DNA of 57,558 nt from Pseudomonadota bacterium. Its GTDB lineage: Bacteria; Pseudomonadota; Gammaproteobacteria; Burkholderiales; Ga0077523. Positions 1-15,879 of this stretch are shown piece by piece. The stretch is taken from the NCBI GenBank assembly GCA_963205165.1, contig CAUJJX010000313.1, positions 1 through 57,558 of the forward strand, given 5' to 3'. The notes under the pieces were generated by a model. That model was not told where the DNA came from and made no database searches. It was given only the letters and a program-made list of their open reading frames with translations. The translations under genes and the position numbers were made by a program. Each line of letters begins with the position of its first letter. Position 1 is the stretch's first letter.

Positions 1-75
1 CCTGAAGGCACTGACCGACAAGTAGGACGCCGTACCGGGTGCTTCGCGCGCCCGGACAGCGCACGGGAGCCACCC

Positions 76-1128
76 ATGACCGCCTCTTCCAGGGTGTCGC
101 TGACGCTGCACGAGATCGTGAACCGGCTCGGCGGCGAACTCGTCGGGCCGCCTGACCTCGTGGTCGCGCAGGTCGCGACACTCGATGCCGCCGGCGCCAC
201 CGACATCTCGTTCCTCGCGAGCAGCCACTACCGTCAACAGCTGGAACGCACGCAGGCGGGCGCCGTGATCCTGTCCCTCGAGGACCAATCGGCCACCGAC
301 CGTCCACGAATCGTCAGCGACCAGCCCTACCTCTATTTCGCCCGCGTCTCCGCACTGCTGAATCCGTTCGCCGGCGCCCGCGCCGGTGTGCATCCGTCTG
401 CGGTCGTGCATCCTTCGGCGATCGTCGCCGCCAGCGCGCAGATCGATGCGTGCGCCGTGATCGGCGAAGGCGCCGTGATCGGAGAGCGCGCCGTGATCGG
501 GGCAGGCAGCGTCGTGGGGCAGGGCGCCTCGGTCGGCGACGACAGCAGACTCGCGCCCAAGGTGGTGATCTGCGACGACTGCATCGTCGGCGCGCGCTGC
601 ATCCTCCACCCCGGCGTCGTGATCGGCGGCGACGGCTTCGGCATGGCCGAGGACAAGGGCCGCTGGATCAAGGTGCCGCAGATCGGACGCGCGATCGTGG
701 GCGATGACGTCGAGATCGGCGCGAACACGACGGTCGACCGCGGCGCCCTCGGAGACACCGTGATCGAGGACGGCGTCAAGATGGACAACCTCATCCAGAT
801 CGCTCACAACGTCGTCATCGGGGCGCACACGGCGATCGCTGCCTGCGCCGGCATCGCAGGCAGCGCCCGGATCGGACGACACTGCAAGATCGGTGGCGCC
901 GCGATGATCCACGGCCACATCGAGATCTGCGATCACGTGGTGGTCGCTGCCGGCACGATGGTGCGCAAGAGCATCGCGACGCCCGGCATCTACGACGGAT
1001 TCTTCCCCGCGCTTCCGCACCGGGACTGGATGAAGAATCTCGCCCATTTCAACCGGCTGCATCAGCACGCCGATACGATCAGACAGCTGGAAGCGCGCCT
1101 GGAAGCGCTGGAAAGGGGACAGAAGTGA
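76..1128 (+). CDS. lpxD: UDP-3-O-(3-hydroxyacyl)glucosamine N-acyltransferase
   Basis: 350-aa ORF. LpxD-type N-terminal domain is followed by long hexapeptide (left-handed beta-helix) repeats. It is first in the canonical lpxD-fabZ-lpxA-lpxB-rnhB order. Confidence 0.93.
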   Translation: MTASSRVSLTLHEIVNRLGGELVGPPDLVVAQVATLDAAGATDISFLASSHYRQQLERTQAGAVILSLEDQSATDRPRIVSDQPYLYFARVSALLNPFAGARAGVHPSAVVHPSAIVAASAQIDACAVIGEGAVIGERAVIGAGSVVGQGASVGDDSRLAPKVVICDDCIVGARCILHPGVVIGGDGFGMAEDKGRWIKVPQIGRAIVGDDVEIGANTTVDRGALGDTVIEDGVKMDNLIQIAHNVVIGAHTAIAACAGIAGSARIGRHCKIGGAAMIHGHIEICDHVVVAAGTMVRKSIATPGIYDGFFPALPHRDWMKNLAHFNRLHQHADTIRQLEARLEALERGQK

Positions 1129-1586
1129 ACGCGATGGAAATCCACCAGATCCTGCAATGCCTGCCGCATCGCTACCCGTTCCTGCTCGTCGATCGCGTGC
1201 TCGATTGCGAACCGGGGGTCGGCATCACGGCGCTGAAGAACGTCACGATCAACGAGCCGTTCTTCGACGGACATTTCCCGCATTACAAGGTGATGCCCGG
1301 CGTGCTCATCATCGAGGCACTCGCGCAGGCCGCCGCGATCCTGTCGTTCCAGACACTCGGCACGAAGGCCGACAGCAACTCCGTCTACTACTTCGTCGGC
1401 ATCGATGGTGCGCGCTTCAAGAAGCCCGTCACGGCCGGCGACCAGCTCATCCTCAAGGCAAAGCTCGGACGCCGGTTGCGCGGAATCTGGAAGTTCTCGG
1501 CAACCGCCGAAGTCGACGGCGCCGTGGTCGCGGAGGCCGAGCTGATGTGCACGCTGCGCGACGTCACCTCGGTCGTGGGCTCATGA
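1125..1586 (+). CDS. fabZ: 3-hydroxyacyl-ACP dehydratase
   Basis: 153-aa ORF with the FabZ hot-dog signature [13 protein letters not shown]...[10 protein letters not shown]. The GTG start overlaps the lpxD stop (GTGA). An alternative ATG lies at 1134. Confidence 0.93.
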   Translation: MNAMEIHQILQCLPHRYPFLLVDRVLDCEPGVGITALKNVTINEPFFDGHFPHYKVMPGVLIIEALAQAAAILSFQTLGTKADSNSVYYFVGIDGARFKKPVTAGDQLILKAKLGRRLRGIWKFSATAEVDGAVVAEAELMCTLRDVTSVVGS

Positions 1587-2353
1587 TCCATCCGACCGCG
1601 ATCGTCCATCCGGGCGCGCAACTGGCCGCCGGCGTCGAGGTCGGGCCGTACGCGACGATCGGCGAGCACGTCGAGATCGGCGAGGGCACGACGATCGGAC
1701 CACACGCCGTGGTCACCGGGCACACCCGCATCGGCCGGGACAACCGCATATTCCAGTTCACGTCCATCGGGGAAGCCCCGCAGGACAAGAAGTACGCGGG
1801 CGAACCAACGCGTCTCGAGATCGGCGATCGCAACACCATTCGCGAGTTCTGCACGCTCAATACCGGAACCGCGCAGGACGCCGGCGTGACGCGGGTCGGC
1901 AGCGACAACTGGATCATGGCTTACGTCCACATCGCCCACGACTGCATCGTCGGCGACCACGTGATCTTTGCGAACTGCACGCAGCTCGCCGGGCACGTGC
2001 ACGTGGATGACTGGGTGATCCTCGGCGGCTTCACCGGGATCCACCAGTTCTGCCGTGTCGGCGCGCACAGCATGACGGCGATCGGCAGCGTGCTCGTGCA
2101 CGATCTCCCGCCGTACGTGATGGCGCAGGGTGACACCGCGAAGGCCCACGGGATCAACTCCGAAGGCCTCAAGCGCCGCGGCTTCACGCCGGACGCGATC
2201 AGCGGAATCCGCAAGGCCTACAAGACGCTCTATCGCTCCGGACTCACGCTCGAAGCCGCGCGTGGTGCGCTCGCGGAGCAGGCAACCCAGTGTCCGGAAG
2301 TGGCGCCCCTCGTGGCGTTCATCGGACAGGCAACGCGCGGCATCGTGCGTTGA
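1583..2353 (+). CDS. lpxA: acyl-ACP--UDP-N-acetylglucosamine O-acyltransferase
   Basis: In-frame ATG inside track ORF 1157..2353. The protein starts [14 protein letters not shown] and contains hexapeptide repeats. ATGA overlap with the fabZ stop. Confidence 0.92.
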   Translation: MIHPTAIVHPGAQLAAGVEVGPYATIGEHVEIGEGTTIGPHAVVTGHTRIGRDNRIFQFTSIGEAPQDKKYAGEPTRLEIGDRNTIREFCTLNTGTAQDAGVTRVGSDNWIMAYVHIAHDCIVGDHVIFANCTQLAGHVHVDDWVILGGFTGIHQFCRVGAHSMTAIGSVLVHDLPPYVMAQGDTAKAHGINSEGLKRRGFTPDAISGIRKAYKTLYRSGLTLEAARGALAEQATQCPEVAPLVAFIGQATRGIVR

Positions 2354-2378
2354 CCCGGCAACTGGCGACGCGCCGATC

Positions 2379-3578
2379 ATGAGTCGAGGACCACGCATCG
2401 CGATGGTGGCTGGCGAAACCTCCGGCGACCAGATCGCGGCACCTTTGGTCAAGGAACTGAAGGCCCGGTTGCCCGGTGCGTCGTTCGTCGGCATCGGCGG
2501 ACCGAGGATGCAGGCCGAGGGATTCGTGTCGTGGTATCCGATGGAAACGCTGTCGGTGCGCGGCTACGTCGAAGCCGCCCGCAGCATCCCGCGGATCCTC
2601 GGCATCCGCCGCGAACTCGCGGCAAGACTCCTCGCAGATCCGCCTGATGTCTTCATCGGCGTCGACGCACCGGATTTCAATCTCGGGCTCGAGACGCGTC
2701 TGCGCAGTGCAGGCATATCCACCGTCCAATACGTCGGGCCGTCGATCTGGGCGTGGCGCGGTGAGCGCATCCACAAGATCCGTAGCGCGGCCGATCGGGT
2801 GCTCGCACTGTTTCCTTTCGAGGCGCCGATCTACGAGAAGGCTGGCGTGCCCGTCACCTTCGTCGGCCACCCCATGGCTGACGAAGTCCCCGGGACACCC
2901 GACCGCGAGGCCGCGCGCGAACAACTGAAGCTGCCTGCCACCGGGCCCGTGTTCGCGTTGCTGCCGGGCAGCCGGCGCGGTGAACTCGAACAGCACGCAG
3001 GTCTCTTCATCGAAACGGTGCGTCAGATCCTCGTGCAACTGCCCGACGCGCGCTTCCTTGTGCCGTTGGCGACGCGCCCGACGCGCCTCCAGTTCGAGCA
3101 GGCGCTCTTCGACCACCAGGGACGTGACCTGCCGCTGACGGTCCTGTTCGGTCACGCGCAGGACGCGATGATCGCGTCCGACGTCGTGCTGGTCGCGTCC
3201 GGCACGGCGAGCCTCGAGGCCGCATTGCTGCGCCGATCGATGGTCATCACATACCGCGTGCCCGAGCTGACGTACCGCCTCATGTGGCCGCGGCGCTATC
3301 TGCCCTGGATCGGACTGCCCAACGTGCTCGCCGGTGAGTACGTCGTGCCGGAGATCCTCCAGCACGACGCAACGGCACCGAACCTCGCGCAGGCACTCGT
3401 CAATCAGTATCGCGATGGCGTCGTTCGCGAACGCCAGTCGTGCCGCTTCGAGGCGATGTACCACGAACTTCGGCAGGGCACCGCGGCACGCGCTGCCGAC
3501 GCGGTGCTTGCGATGCTGCGCGCCCCGGCGCAGCGCGCGCGGACCACGCAAGTGGCCGGCGACGTTTCGACGTCCTGA
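2379..3578 (+). CDS. lpxB: lipid-A-disaccharide synthase
   Basis: In-frame ATG inside ORF 2130..3578. N-terminus [13 protein letters not shown] is typical of LpxB. Synteny follows lpxA. Confidence 0.9.
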   Translation: MSRGPRIAMVAGETSGDQIAAPLVKELKARLPGASFVGIGGPRMQAEGFVSWYPMETLSVRGYVEAARSIPRILGIRRELAARLLADPPDVFIGVDAPDFNLGLETRLRSAGISTVQYVGPSIWAWRGERIHKIRSAADRVLALFPFEAPIYEKAGVPVTFVGHPMADEVPGTPDREAAREQLKLPATGPVFALLPGSRRGELEQHAGLFIETVRQILVQLPDARFLVPLATRPTRLQFEQALFDHQGRDLPLTVLFGHAQDAMIASDVVLVASGTASLEAALLRRSMVITYRVPELTYRLMWPRRYLPWIGLPNVLAGEYVVPEILQHDATAPNLAQALVNQYRDGVVRERQSCRFEAMYHELRQGTAARAADAVLAMLRAPAQRARTTQVAGDVSTS

Positions 3579-3583
3579 GGACG

Positions 3584-4165
3584 ATGCTGTCCGCCGGCGT
3601 GGATGAGGCCGGGCGCGGTCCGCTCGCGGGGCCCGTCGTCGCGGCCTGCGTCATCCTCGATCCGGCCCGCCCGATCGACGGACTCGCGGATTCCAAGAAG
3701 CTGACTGCCGCACGCAGGGAGTACCTCGCGGCGCGCATCCGCGAATGCGCCCTGGCGTGGTCGGTTGCCGAGGCTGACGTCGAGGAGATCGATCGCCTCA
3801 ACATCTTTCACGCGACGCTGCTCGCAATGCGTCGTGCCGTGGAGTCACTCGGATGCGTCCCGGACGAAGTGCTCGTGGACGGCAATCGCTGTCCGCAGCT
3901 TTCGGTGCCGAGTCGCGCCATCGTTCGCGGCGACGCGCTGATACCTGCAATCAGTGCCGCGTCGATCCTGGCGAAGACCGTCCGCGATGCGGGGATGATC
4001 CGCATGCACGAGCAGCATCCGGAATACGGTTTCGACCGGCACAAGGGGTATCCGACGGCCATCCATGTCGCCGCGCTCCAGCGTCTCGGACCGACACCAC
4101 ATCACCGGCGCAGCTTCGCGCCGGTCCGCGACGCTATCGAACGCGCCGCTCGCCAGAATTTCTGA
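3584..4165 (+). CDS. rnhB: ribonuclease HII
   Basis: In-frame ATG inside ORF 3440..4165. Contains the catalytic motif [15 protein letters not shown]. Synteny follows lpxB. Confidence 0.9.
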   Translation: MLSAGVDEAGRGPLAGPVVAACVILDPARPIDGLADSKKLTAARREYLAARIRECALAWSVAEADVEEIDRLNIFHATLLAMRRAVESLGCVPDEVLVDGNRCPQLSVPSRAIVRGDALIPAISAASILAKTVRDAGMIRMHEQHPEYGFDRHKGYPTAIHVAALQRLGPTPHHRRSFAPVRDAIERAARQNF

Positions 4166-4182
4166 AGGGACAGGGGAACACC

Positions 4183-4638
4183 ATGGACATCGCGCGCTGG
4201 CTGCACATTCTCTCGACGACCGTCTGGGTCGGCGGGATGTTCTTCGCGTACGTGGCGTTGCGCCCCGTCGCGGCATCGGTGCTTCAACCGCCGCTGCGCC
4301 TGCAGCTGTGGCACGGGACGCTCGCGAGGTTCTTCCAGTGGGTGTGGCTGGCCATCGGCCTGCTGCTCGCGACGGGCTTGCACATGACCATGAAGCTCGG
4401 CGGACTCGCGGCGCCGCTCCACGTGCGTGTCATGCTGATCCTCGGTGTGATCATGATGCTCGTCTTCGCGCACGTGTTCTTCGCACCATTCGCACGGCTC
4501 GGTCGCGCAGTGGCATCAGAGAGCTGGCCGGACGGCGGCGTGGCGCTCGGACAGATTCGACGGCTCGTGGGGATCAACCTGGTGCTCGGACTCGTCACGA
4601 TCACGATCGCGACCGTGGGACGACTCGCACTGCGGTGA
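4183..4638 (+). CDS. small integral membrane protein (CopD-like/unknown function)
   Basis: 151-aa product from an in-frame ATG in ORF 3853..4638. It has four hydrophobic helices. I recognise no catalytic motif. Confidence 0.6.
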   Translation: MDIARWLHILSTTVWVGGMFFAYVALRPVAASVLQPPLRLQLWHGTLARFFQWVWLAIGLLLATGLHMTMKLGGLAAPLHVRVMLILGVIMMLVFAHVFFAPFARLGRAVASESWPDGGVALGQIRRLVGINLVLGLVTITIATVGRLALR

Positions 4639-4741
4639 ATCACCGGCCGGAATCGCAGACGGGTGAATCGCGACGCCCTGTCACTTTGCCTCGCGGGCGC
4701 AGCTCGCAGAGCCTCGTCGCCATCGCACGGACGTCGAACGC

Positions 4742-5572
4742 TCAGTACACGTTCCGGGCGACGCCCGAGCGGTGGAGGATGGTCGCTGCGAGCTCCTCGA
4801 TGGAACTATGCGTCGTGTCGATGAACGGGATGCCTTCCTGGCGCATCAGCATTTCGGCACGTTCGATCTCGTAGCGGCAGTTGTCGAGCTGCGCGTAGTT
4901 GCTGTTCGGTCGTCGCTCGTGACGGATCTGCGCGAGACGTTCCGGCCGGATCGTGAGCCCGAAGAGTTTCTTGCGGAACTTCTCGACGCGCGACGGCAGT
5001 TTCATGTCGCGGAAGTCTTCCGGAATCAGCGGGTAGTTGGCCGCACGGACGCCGTACTGCAGGCCGAGGTAGAGACAGGTCGGCGTCTTGCCGCATCGCG
5101 ATACGCCGACGAGCACGAGGTCGGCGCTCAGGAATTCCTTCGTCGACACGCCGTCGTCGTGCGCCATCACGAAGTTCACGGCCTCGATGCGCTGGTGATA
5201 CTCGTCGGTGTCACGAACGCGGTGCGATCGTCCGATCTCGTGCGTGTGACTCACGCCGAGTTCGGTCTCCATCGGGGAGATGAAGACCTGAAAGCAGTCG
5301 AGGTAGAGGGCGTTGGCCTGGGCGATCACTGCACGGACGTCGGGGTCGACCAGCGTGCTGAAGACCAGCGGTCTCACGCCGTCCTCGCTGCCGGCGGAAT
5401 CGATGCGTCGGACGGCCTCGTGGGCACGTTCGACGGAGTCGACGAACGGCAGCGTCACCTCCCGGAAGGGGACGCCTTCGAACTGGCTGAGCAGGGAATG
5501 CCCGAGCATCTCGGCGGTGATGCCGGTTCGGTCGGATACGAAGAAGGCACGTCTTCCGGTGGCGTTTGGCAT
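4742..5572 (-). CDS. ppsR: PEP synthase regulatory protein (pyruvate, water dikinase kinase/phosphorylase, DUF299)
   Basis: 276-aa product from an internal ATG of ORF 4742..5995. Starts RRAFFVSDRTGITAE and has the P-loop GVSRCGKTP. Divergent from ppsA, as in many proteobacteria. Confidence 0.88.
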   Translation of the reverse strand: MPNATGRRAFFVSDRTGITAEMLGHSLLSQFEGVPFREVTLPFVDSVERAHEAVRRIDSAGSEDGVRPLVFSTLVDPDVRAVIAQANALYLDCFQVFISPMETELGVSHTHEIGRSHRVRDTDEYHQRIEAVNFVMAHDDGVSTKEFLSADLVLVGVSRCGKTPTCLYLGLQYGVRAANYPLIPEDFRDMKLPSRVEKFRKKLFGLTIRPERLAQIRHERRPNSNYAQLDNCRYEIERAEMLMRQEGIPFIDTTHSSIEELAATILHRSGVARNVY

Positions 5573-5668
5573 GGTCGTTCGATGGTGCTGCGACGCAATA
5601 ATTTGTCCGGTACCATAGCACCCTTTTTGCATCCGGCACCACGATTCGTTGTCACGGGAGAATGATCG

Positions 5669-9805
<4,137 letters not shown>

Positions 9806-9814
9806 GGAAAGCGC

Positions 9815-11994
<2,180 letters not shown>

Positions 11995-12004
11995 TCGCGG
12001 CATC

Positions 12005-12313
12005 GTGCGGCTCCTGACCCTGATCCTCATCGGCGCCATCGTCCTGCTGCAGGGTCCGCTGCTGTTCGGGAAAGGCGGGTGGCTGAAGGTCAGGGAGCTC
12101 GAGCGCCAGGTTCAGGCGCAGCGCGGCGTGAACGACAAGCTGCGCGGCCGCAACGCGGCGCTCGATGCGGAAGTCCGTGACCTCAAGCAGGGTTACGGCG
12201 CCATCGAGGAACGTGCACGCGCAGAGCTCGGCATGATCCGTCAGGACGAGGTCTTCTTTCAGGTGCTCGAGAAGGGGGCGAAGCTCGCGACCGTCCCTGC
12301 GGCCACGCACTGA
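12005..12313 (+). CDS. ftsB: cell division protein FtsB
   Basis: 102-aa ORF with an N-terminal TM helix, then a coiled coil and the [10 protein letters not shown] motif. Lies directly after eno. GTG start. Confidence 0.8.
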   Translation: MRLLTLILIGAIVLLQGPLLFGKGGWLKVRELERQVQAQRGVNDKLRGRNAALDAEVRDLKQGYGAIEERARAELGMIRQDEVFFQVLEKGAKLATVPAATH

Positions 12314-12319
12314 CAACGT

Positions 12320-13012
12320 TCAGGCGGCCCCGGACAAGCCGCCCGGCGCCTCCAGCCGGCGGACATCCTCGATCGTATTGATGTTCTCGAATGCCGCCGG
12401 CTCGTCGTCGAAGTCCTCGATGGCGAGCCGGCGCGATTCCACCCACGTCCGCACCGCCCGACCGCCAGCGTCGAGATAGCCTGCGAGGTCCTCGACGAGC
12501 GCGCGCCGGCACAGACAGAACACGGGATGCATCCGCCCGCGCGATCGAGCGATGGCGAGCTCCGCATCTTCTGTTTCCATCCGCGCCAGCAGGCGGGACG
12601 CGAGATCGCCCGGCAACGAGGGGGCATCGCACGGGACGCTCAACACGAGGTCGTGCGTCGCGCGGACGAGCCCGGCGTGCAGGCCCGCGAGCGGCCCGAC
12701 ACATCCCTCGATGACATCTCCGACGACGGGCACGCCGAACGCTGCATAGCGCTGGATCTCTCGATTGGCATTCAGCAGCAGCTCGTCGACTTGCGGCCGC
12801 AATCGCTCGATCACGTGCGCGAGCAGCGGCCGACCACACAGCTCGATCAGCCCCTTCTCGACACCACCCATCCGACGACCGAGGCCTCCCGCGAGGACCA
12901 CGCCGGTGATTCTCCGCACCCGGCCTCCATCCCCGGACGAACCTGCTCGCGCATCCGCAGGCAACGCAAGCGGATGATCGTCGGCAACCGCACTCCCGGA
13001 CGTGGTCTTCAT
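12320..13012 (-). CDS. mobA: molybdenum cofactor guanylyltransferase
   Basis: 230-aa product from an internal ATG of ORF 12320..13156. Contains the motifs VVLAGGLGRRMGG.EKGL and GPLAGL. Confidence 0.8.
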   Translation of the reverse strand: MKTTSGSAVADDHPLALPADARAGSSGDGGRVRRITGVVLAGGLGRRMGGVEKGLIELCGRPLLAHVIERLRPQVDELLLNANREIQRYAAFGVPVVGDVIEGCVGPLAGLHAGLVRATHDLVLSVPCDAPSLPGDLASRLLARMETEDAELAIARSRGRMHPVFCLCRRALVEDLAGYLDAGGRAVRTWVESRRLAIEDFDDEPAAFENINTIEDVRRLEAPGGLSGAA

Positions 13013-13281
13013 CGCGCATGCGCAGCGGAATCTGCGCGGTCTGTGGATGGACCGACATCGTAACCGTGCGTCGCCATCTGTCGGTGGTGCATGTGTTCCG
13101 GACCAGCGCCAGCATGGCCATTCACTGTGTCTCCCTACCGCTTTCCCCGGTATCATCGCCGCGCCCGCGGCGACGGTAAGTCTTGGTGAAATATGAAGAA
13201 AACCACCAGTGACGCAAGCGGATCACACGGCATGCCGGACGTGCACGTGTGTCGTACAACAATCAGGGGGGAGGACGGCGA

Positions 13282-14928
13282 ATGGCTGGATTACTGGACA
13301 AGGAAAGGATCATCGCGCGGCCTGGCTTCAGCCGCTGGCTCGTGCCACCGGCCGCGCTGTGCATTCATCTCTGCATCGGCATGGCGTACGGGTTCTCCGT
13401 GTTCTGGATCCCGCTGACCAAGGCCCTCGGTGTCTCGCAGGGCCTGTCCAAGTCGATCGCGTGTCCGCCCGACATGTCCTGGATCGAGAAGCTCGTCACG
13501 ACGACGTGCGACTGGGACAAGCCGATGCTCGGCTGGATGTTCACACTGTTCTTCGTCCTCCTCGGGTCCAGCGCCGCCGTCTTCGGTGGCTGGCTCGAGC
13601 ACGCGGGTCCGCGCAAGGCCGGCGTCGTGTCGGCGCTCTGCTGGTGCGGCGGTCTCGTGCTGTCCGGGATCGGGGTGCAGACGCACCAGCTCTGGCTCAT
13701 GTGGCTCGGTTCCGGCGTGATCGGCGGCATCGGCCTCGGTCTCGGCTACATCTCGCCCGTCTCGACGCTCATCAAGTGGTTCCCCGATCGCCGGGGCATG
13801 GCGACCGGCATGGCGATCATGGGCTTCGGCGGCGGTGCGATGATCGGTTCGCCCCTGGCGGACCGCCTCATGAAGACCTTCGCGACCCCGACCTCCGTCG
13901 GCGTCTGGGAGACCTTCCTGGCCATGGCCGCGATCTACTTCGTGTTCATGATGATCGGCGCGCTCGCCTACCGCGTCCCCCCGACCGGCTGGAAGCCCGA
14001 AGGCTGGACGCCGCCGCCCGCGCAGGCGTCGAACACGATGATCACGACCCGCCACGTGCATCTCTCCAAGGCCTGGCGGACGCCGCAATTCTGGCTGCTG
14101 TGGGGTGTGCTGTGCCTCAACGTGTCCGCCGGGATCGGTGTGCTCGGGATGGCTTCACCGATGCTCCAGGAGATCTTCGGCGGTCACCTCATCGGTCTCG
14201 ACGTGAAGTTCGACCAGCTCGACAAGGATCAACTCACGCAGGTCGCCACGATCGCCGCCGGCTTCATCGGACTGTTGTCGCTCTTCAACATCGGCGGTCG
14301 CTTCATCTGGGCATCGATGTCCGATTTCATCGGGCGCAAGCTGACGTACTTCACGTTCTTCGTGCTCGGCTTCGCGCTCTACGCCTCGGCCCCGTCGGTG
14401 GGCCACTCGGGCAGCGTCGCGCTGTTCGTCGGCATCTTCTGCGTGATCCTCACGATGTACGGCGGCGGTTTCGCGACGATCCCGGCGTACCTCGCGGACA
14501 TGTTCGGCACGCAGATGGTCGGTGCCATCCACGGCCGGTTGCTCACGGCGTGGTCAGCGGCGGGCATCCTCGGACCGGTGCTCGTGAACTACATCAACGA
14601 GGCGCAGATCAAGTCGGGCGTGCCGAAGAGCGCCGCCTACGACACGACGATGTACATCCTCGCTGCCCTGCTGATCGGCGGCTTCGTCTGCAACCTGCTG
14701 GTCCGCCCCGTGGCGGACAAATGGTTCATGACGGACGAGGAACTCGCCGCCGAACGCAAGCTCGCGCACGACAAGGCGCAGGCCGATGCCGTGTCCGGAG
14801 TCGGTGCCCAGGGTGCCGGCACCGCGAGCAGCCCGATGGTCGTCGCTGCCTTCTGGGCACTCGTCGGCATCCCGCTCGCGTGGGGCGTCTGGCAGACGTT
14901 CCAGAAGGCTCAGGTGCTGTTCCACTGA
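13282..14928 (+). CDS. MFS transporter, oxalate/formate antiporter (OFA)-like family
   Basis: In-frame ATG of ORF 13249..14928, preceded by a strong Shine-Dalgarno sequence (GGGGGGAGGA, 13266..13275). About 12 hydrophobic helices and OFA-type N-terminal sequence. Confidence 0.85.
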   Translation: MAGLLDKERIIARPGFSRWLVPPAALCIHLCIGMAYGFSVFWIPLTKALGVSQGLSKSIACPPDMSWIEKLVTTTCDWDKPMLGWMFTLFFVLLGSSAAVFGGWLEHAGPRKAGVVSALCWCGGLVLSGIGVQTHQLWLMWLGSGVIGGIGLGLGYISPVSTLIKWFPDRRGMATGMAIMGFGGGAMIGSPLADRLMKTFATPTSVGVWETFLAMAAIYFVFMMIGALAYRVPPTGWKPEGWTPPPAQASNTMITTRHVHLSKAWRTPQFWLLWGVLCLNVSAGIGVLGMASPMLQEIFGGHLIGLDVKFDQLDKDQLTQVATIAAGFIGLLSLFNIGGRFIWASMSDFIGRKLTYFTFFVLGFALYASAPSVGHSGSVALFVGIFCVILTMYGGGFATIPAYLADMFGTQMVGAIHGRLLTAWSAAGILGPVLVNYINEAQIKSGVPKSAAYDTTMYILAALLIGGFVCNLLVRPVADKWFMTDEELAAERKLAHDKAQADAVSGVGAQGAGTASSPMVVAAFWALVGIPLAWGVWQTFQKAQVLFH

Positions 14929-14942
14929 CCTGCGCCCGGACC

Positions 14943-15203
14943 ATGCCCGGGTTCATCGACATCCGCGTCGATGGTGCCGTCGCGACGATCGCGCTCAACC
15001 GGCCGGACAAGGCAAACGCCATGCACCGGCCGCTCTGGAACGCACTGCGTGACGCGATGCGCTGGCGGGACGAGACGCCGACGATCCGGGTCGGCGTGCT
15101 CACCGGGGCGGGGCGCCATTTCACCGCCGGGATCGACCTCGCGCTGCTCGACGAGCTGCGGCAGGGCGTCGAATCCGGCTGCGCGGCACGCTCGCGCGAG
15201 TAG
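14943..15203 (+). pseudogene. enoyl-CoA hydratase/isomerase (crotonase) N-terminal remnant
   Basis: Only 86 codons (IDIRVDGAVATIALNRPDKANAM...LTGAGRHFTAGIDL), ended by TAG. Crotonase proteins are about 260 aa. The remaining 177 nt up to the tRNA-Leu 3' end has no coherent continuation. There is only a weak IAAxIG trace, in another frame. Confidence 0.55.
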
Positions 15204-15380
15204 CTCCGTCGCGACGTGGAACGCCGCGACGCCGGTGTCGGAAGATCTGGACGAAGCCATCGCCGCCCAGATCGGGCAGCGGACCCCGGCCACCGATCGG
15301 ACGGGCGCCGCGTCGTGCCGCAACGCGCCGCGATCGGCCGAGGCATGTGGCCGATGGTGCAATCAGGGGGTAGAAGTCGT

Positions 15381-15712
15381 TGGTGCGCCCAGCCGGGGTC
15401 GAACCGGCACGACCGAAGTCGAGGGATTTTCCTGCCACTTCGGCTTTCGCCGCCATCGTGACGATGTTCGTGGTCTGGACTTTGTCTTGACCGTAACCGC
15501 GCGGAACGCACCCGCAAGGCCTTAGGCCGGCGCCGTCAAGTCTCTGCACGTTCCCCCGCGACCGAATCGATTTGTTGCGGGGGCTTCGCTCAGCGTTGCC
15601 TCGCCCCGGAGGGCAGGGGGTTCGCTGAATTTGACGCCATTCACGCGGACGCTTTCGCCGTCCGGTGCTCAAATTTCAAGTCCCTTGCGTCTACCAGTTT
15701 CGCCATGGGCGC
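15381..15712 (-). tRNA. tRNA-Leu(UAA), split by a group I intron
   Basis: The 5' exon is 15712..15678 and reads GCGCCCA TG GCG AAACTGGTAGA CGC A AGGGA CTT. The 3' exon is 15430..15381 and reads AAAA TCCCT CGACTTCGGTCGT GCCGG TTCGACC CCGGC TGGGCGC A CCA. Joined, they give an 85-nt class-II cloverleaf with a 7-bp acceptor stem, a long variable arm, discriminator A and anticodon UAA. Confidence 0.85.
15431..15677 (-). ncRNA. group I (IC3-like) self-splicing intron in the tRNA-Leu anticodon loop
   Basis: 247 nt inserted between U34 and A35. It is preceded by U and ends in G. Core strings present are GUCAAAUUCAGCG, GGCAACGCUGAGCGAAGCC, GUGCAGAGACUUGACGGCG and CCUAAGGCC. There are two GAAA-tetraloop hairpins and no ORF. 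Confidence 0.8.
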
Positions 15713-15754
15713 GCCGGCGGATTCTCGCATGCGTCCGTGAGGCTGTGTGCGCCC

Positions 15755-15782
15755 TAAAGTCCATGCTCCGGGCATCCGTTAA
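15755..15782 (+). promoter_or_regulatory. candidate sigma-28 (FliA) promoter for motAB
   Basis: TAAAGTCC-N12-TCCGTTAA compared with the remembered consensus TAAAGTTT-N11-GCCGATAA. It lies about 100 nt upstream of the motA start. Confidence 0.4.
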
Positions 15783-15879
15783 CTCGCACATTGCCCCGGC
15801 GCGGTGTCTCGTTTCGCGAACGCCTCGGCGGATACGCATCCCGCATCCTTCCTGACCGATCTCCCGGAACCCGAATGAC

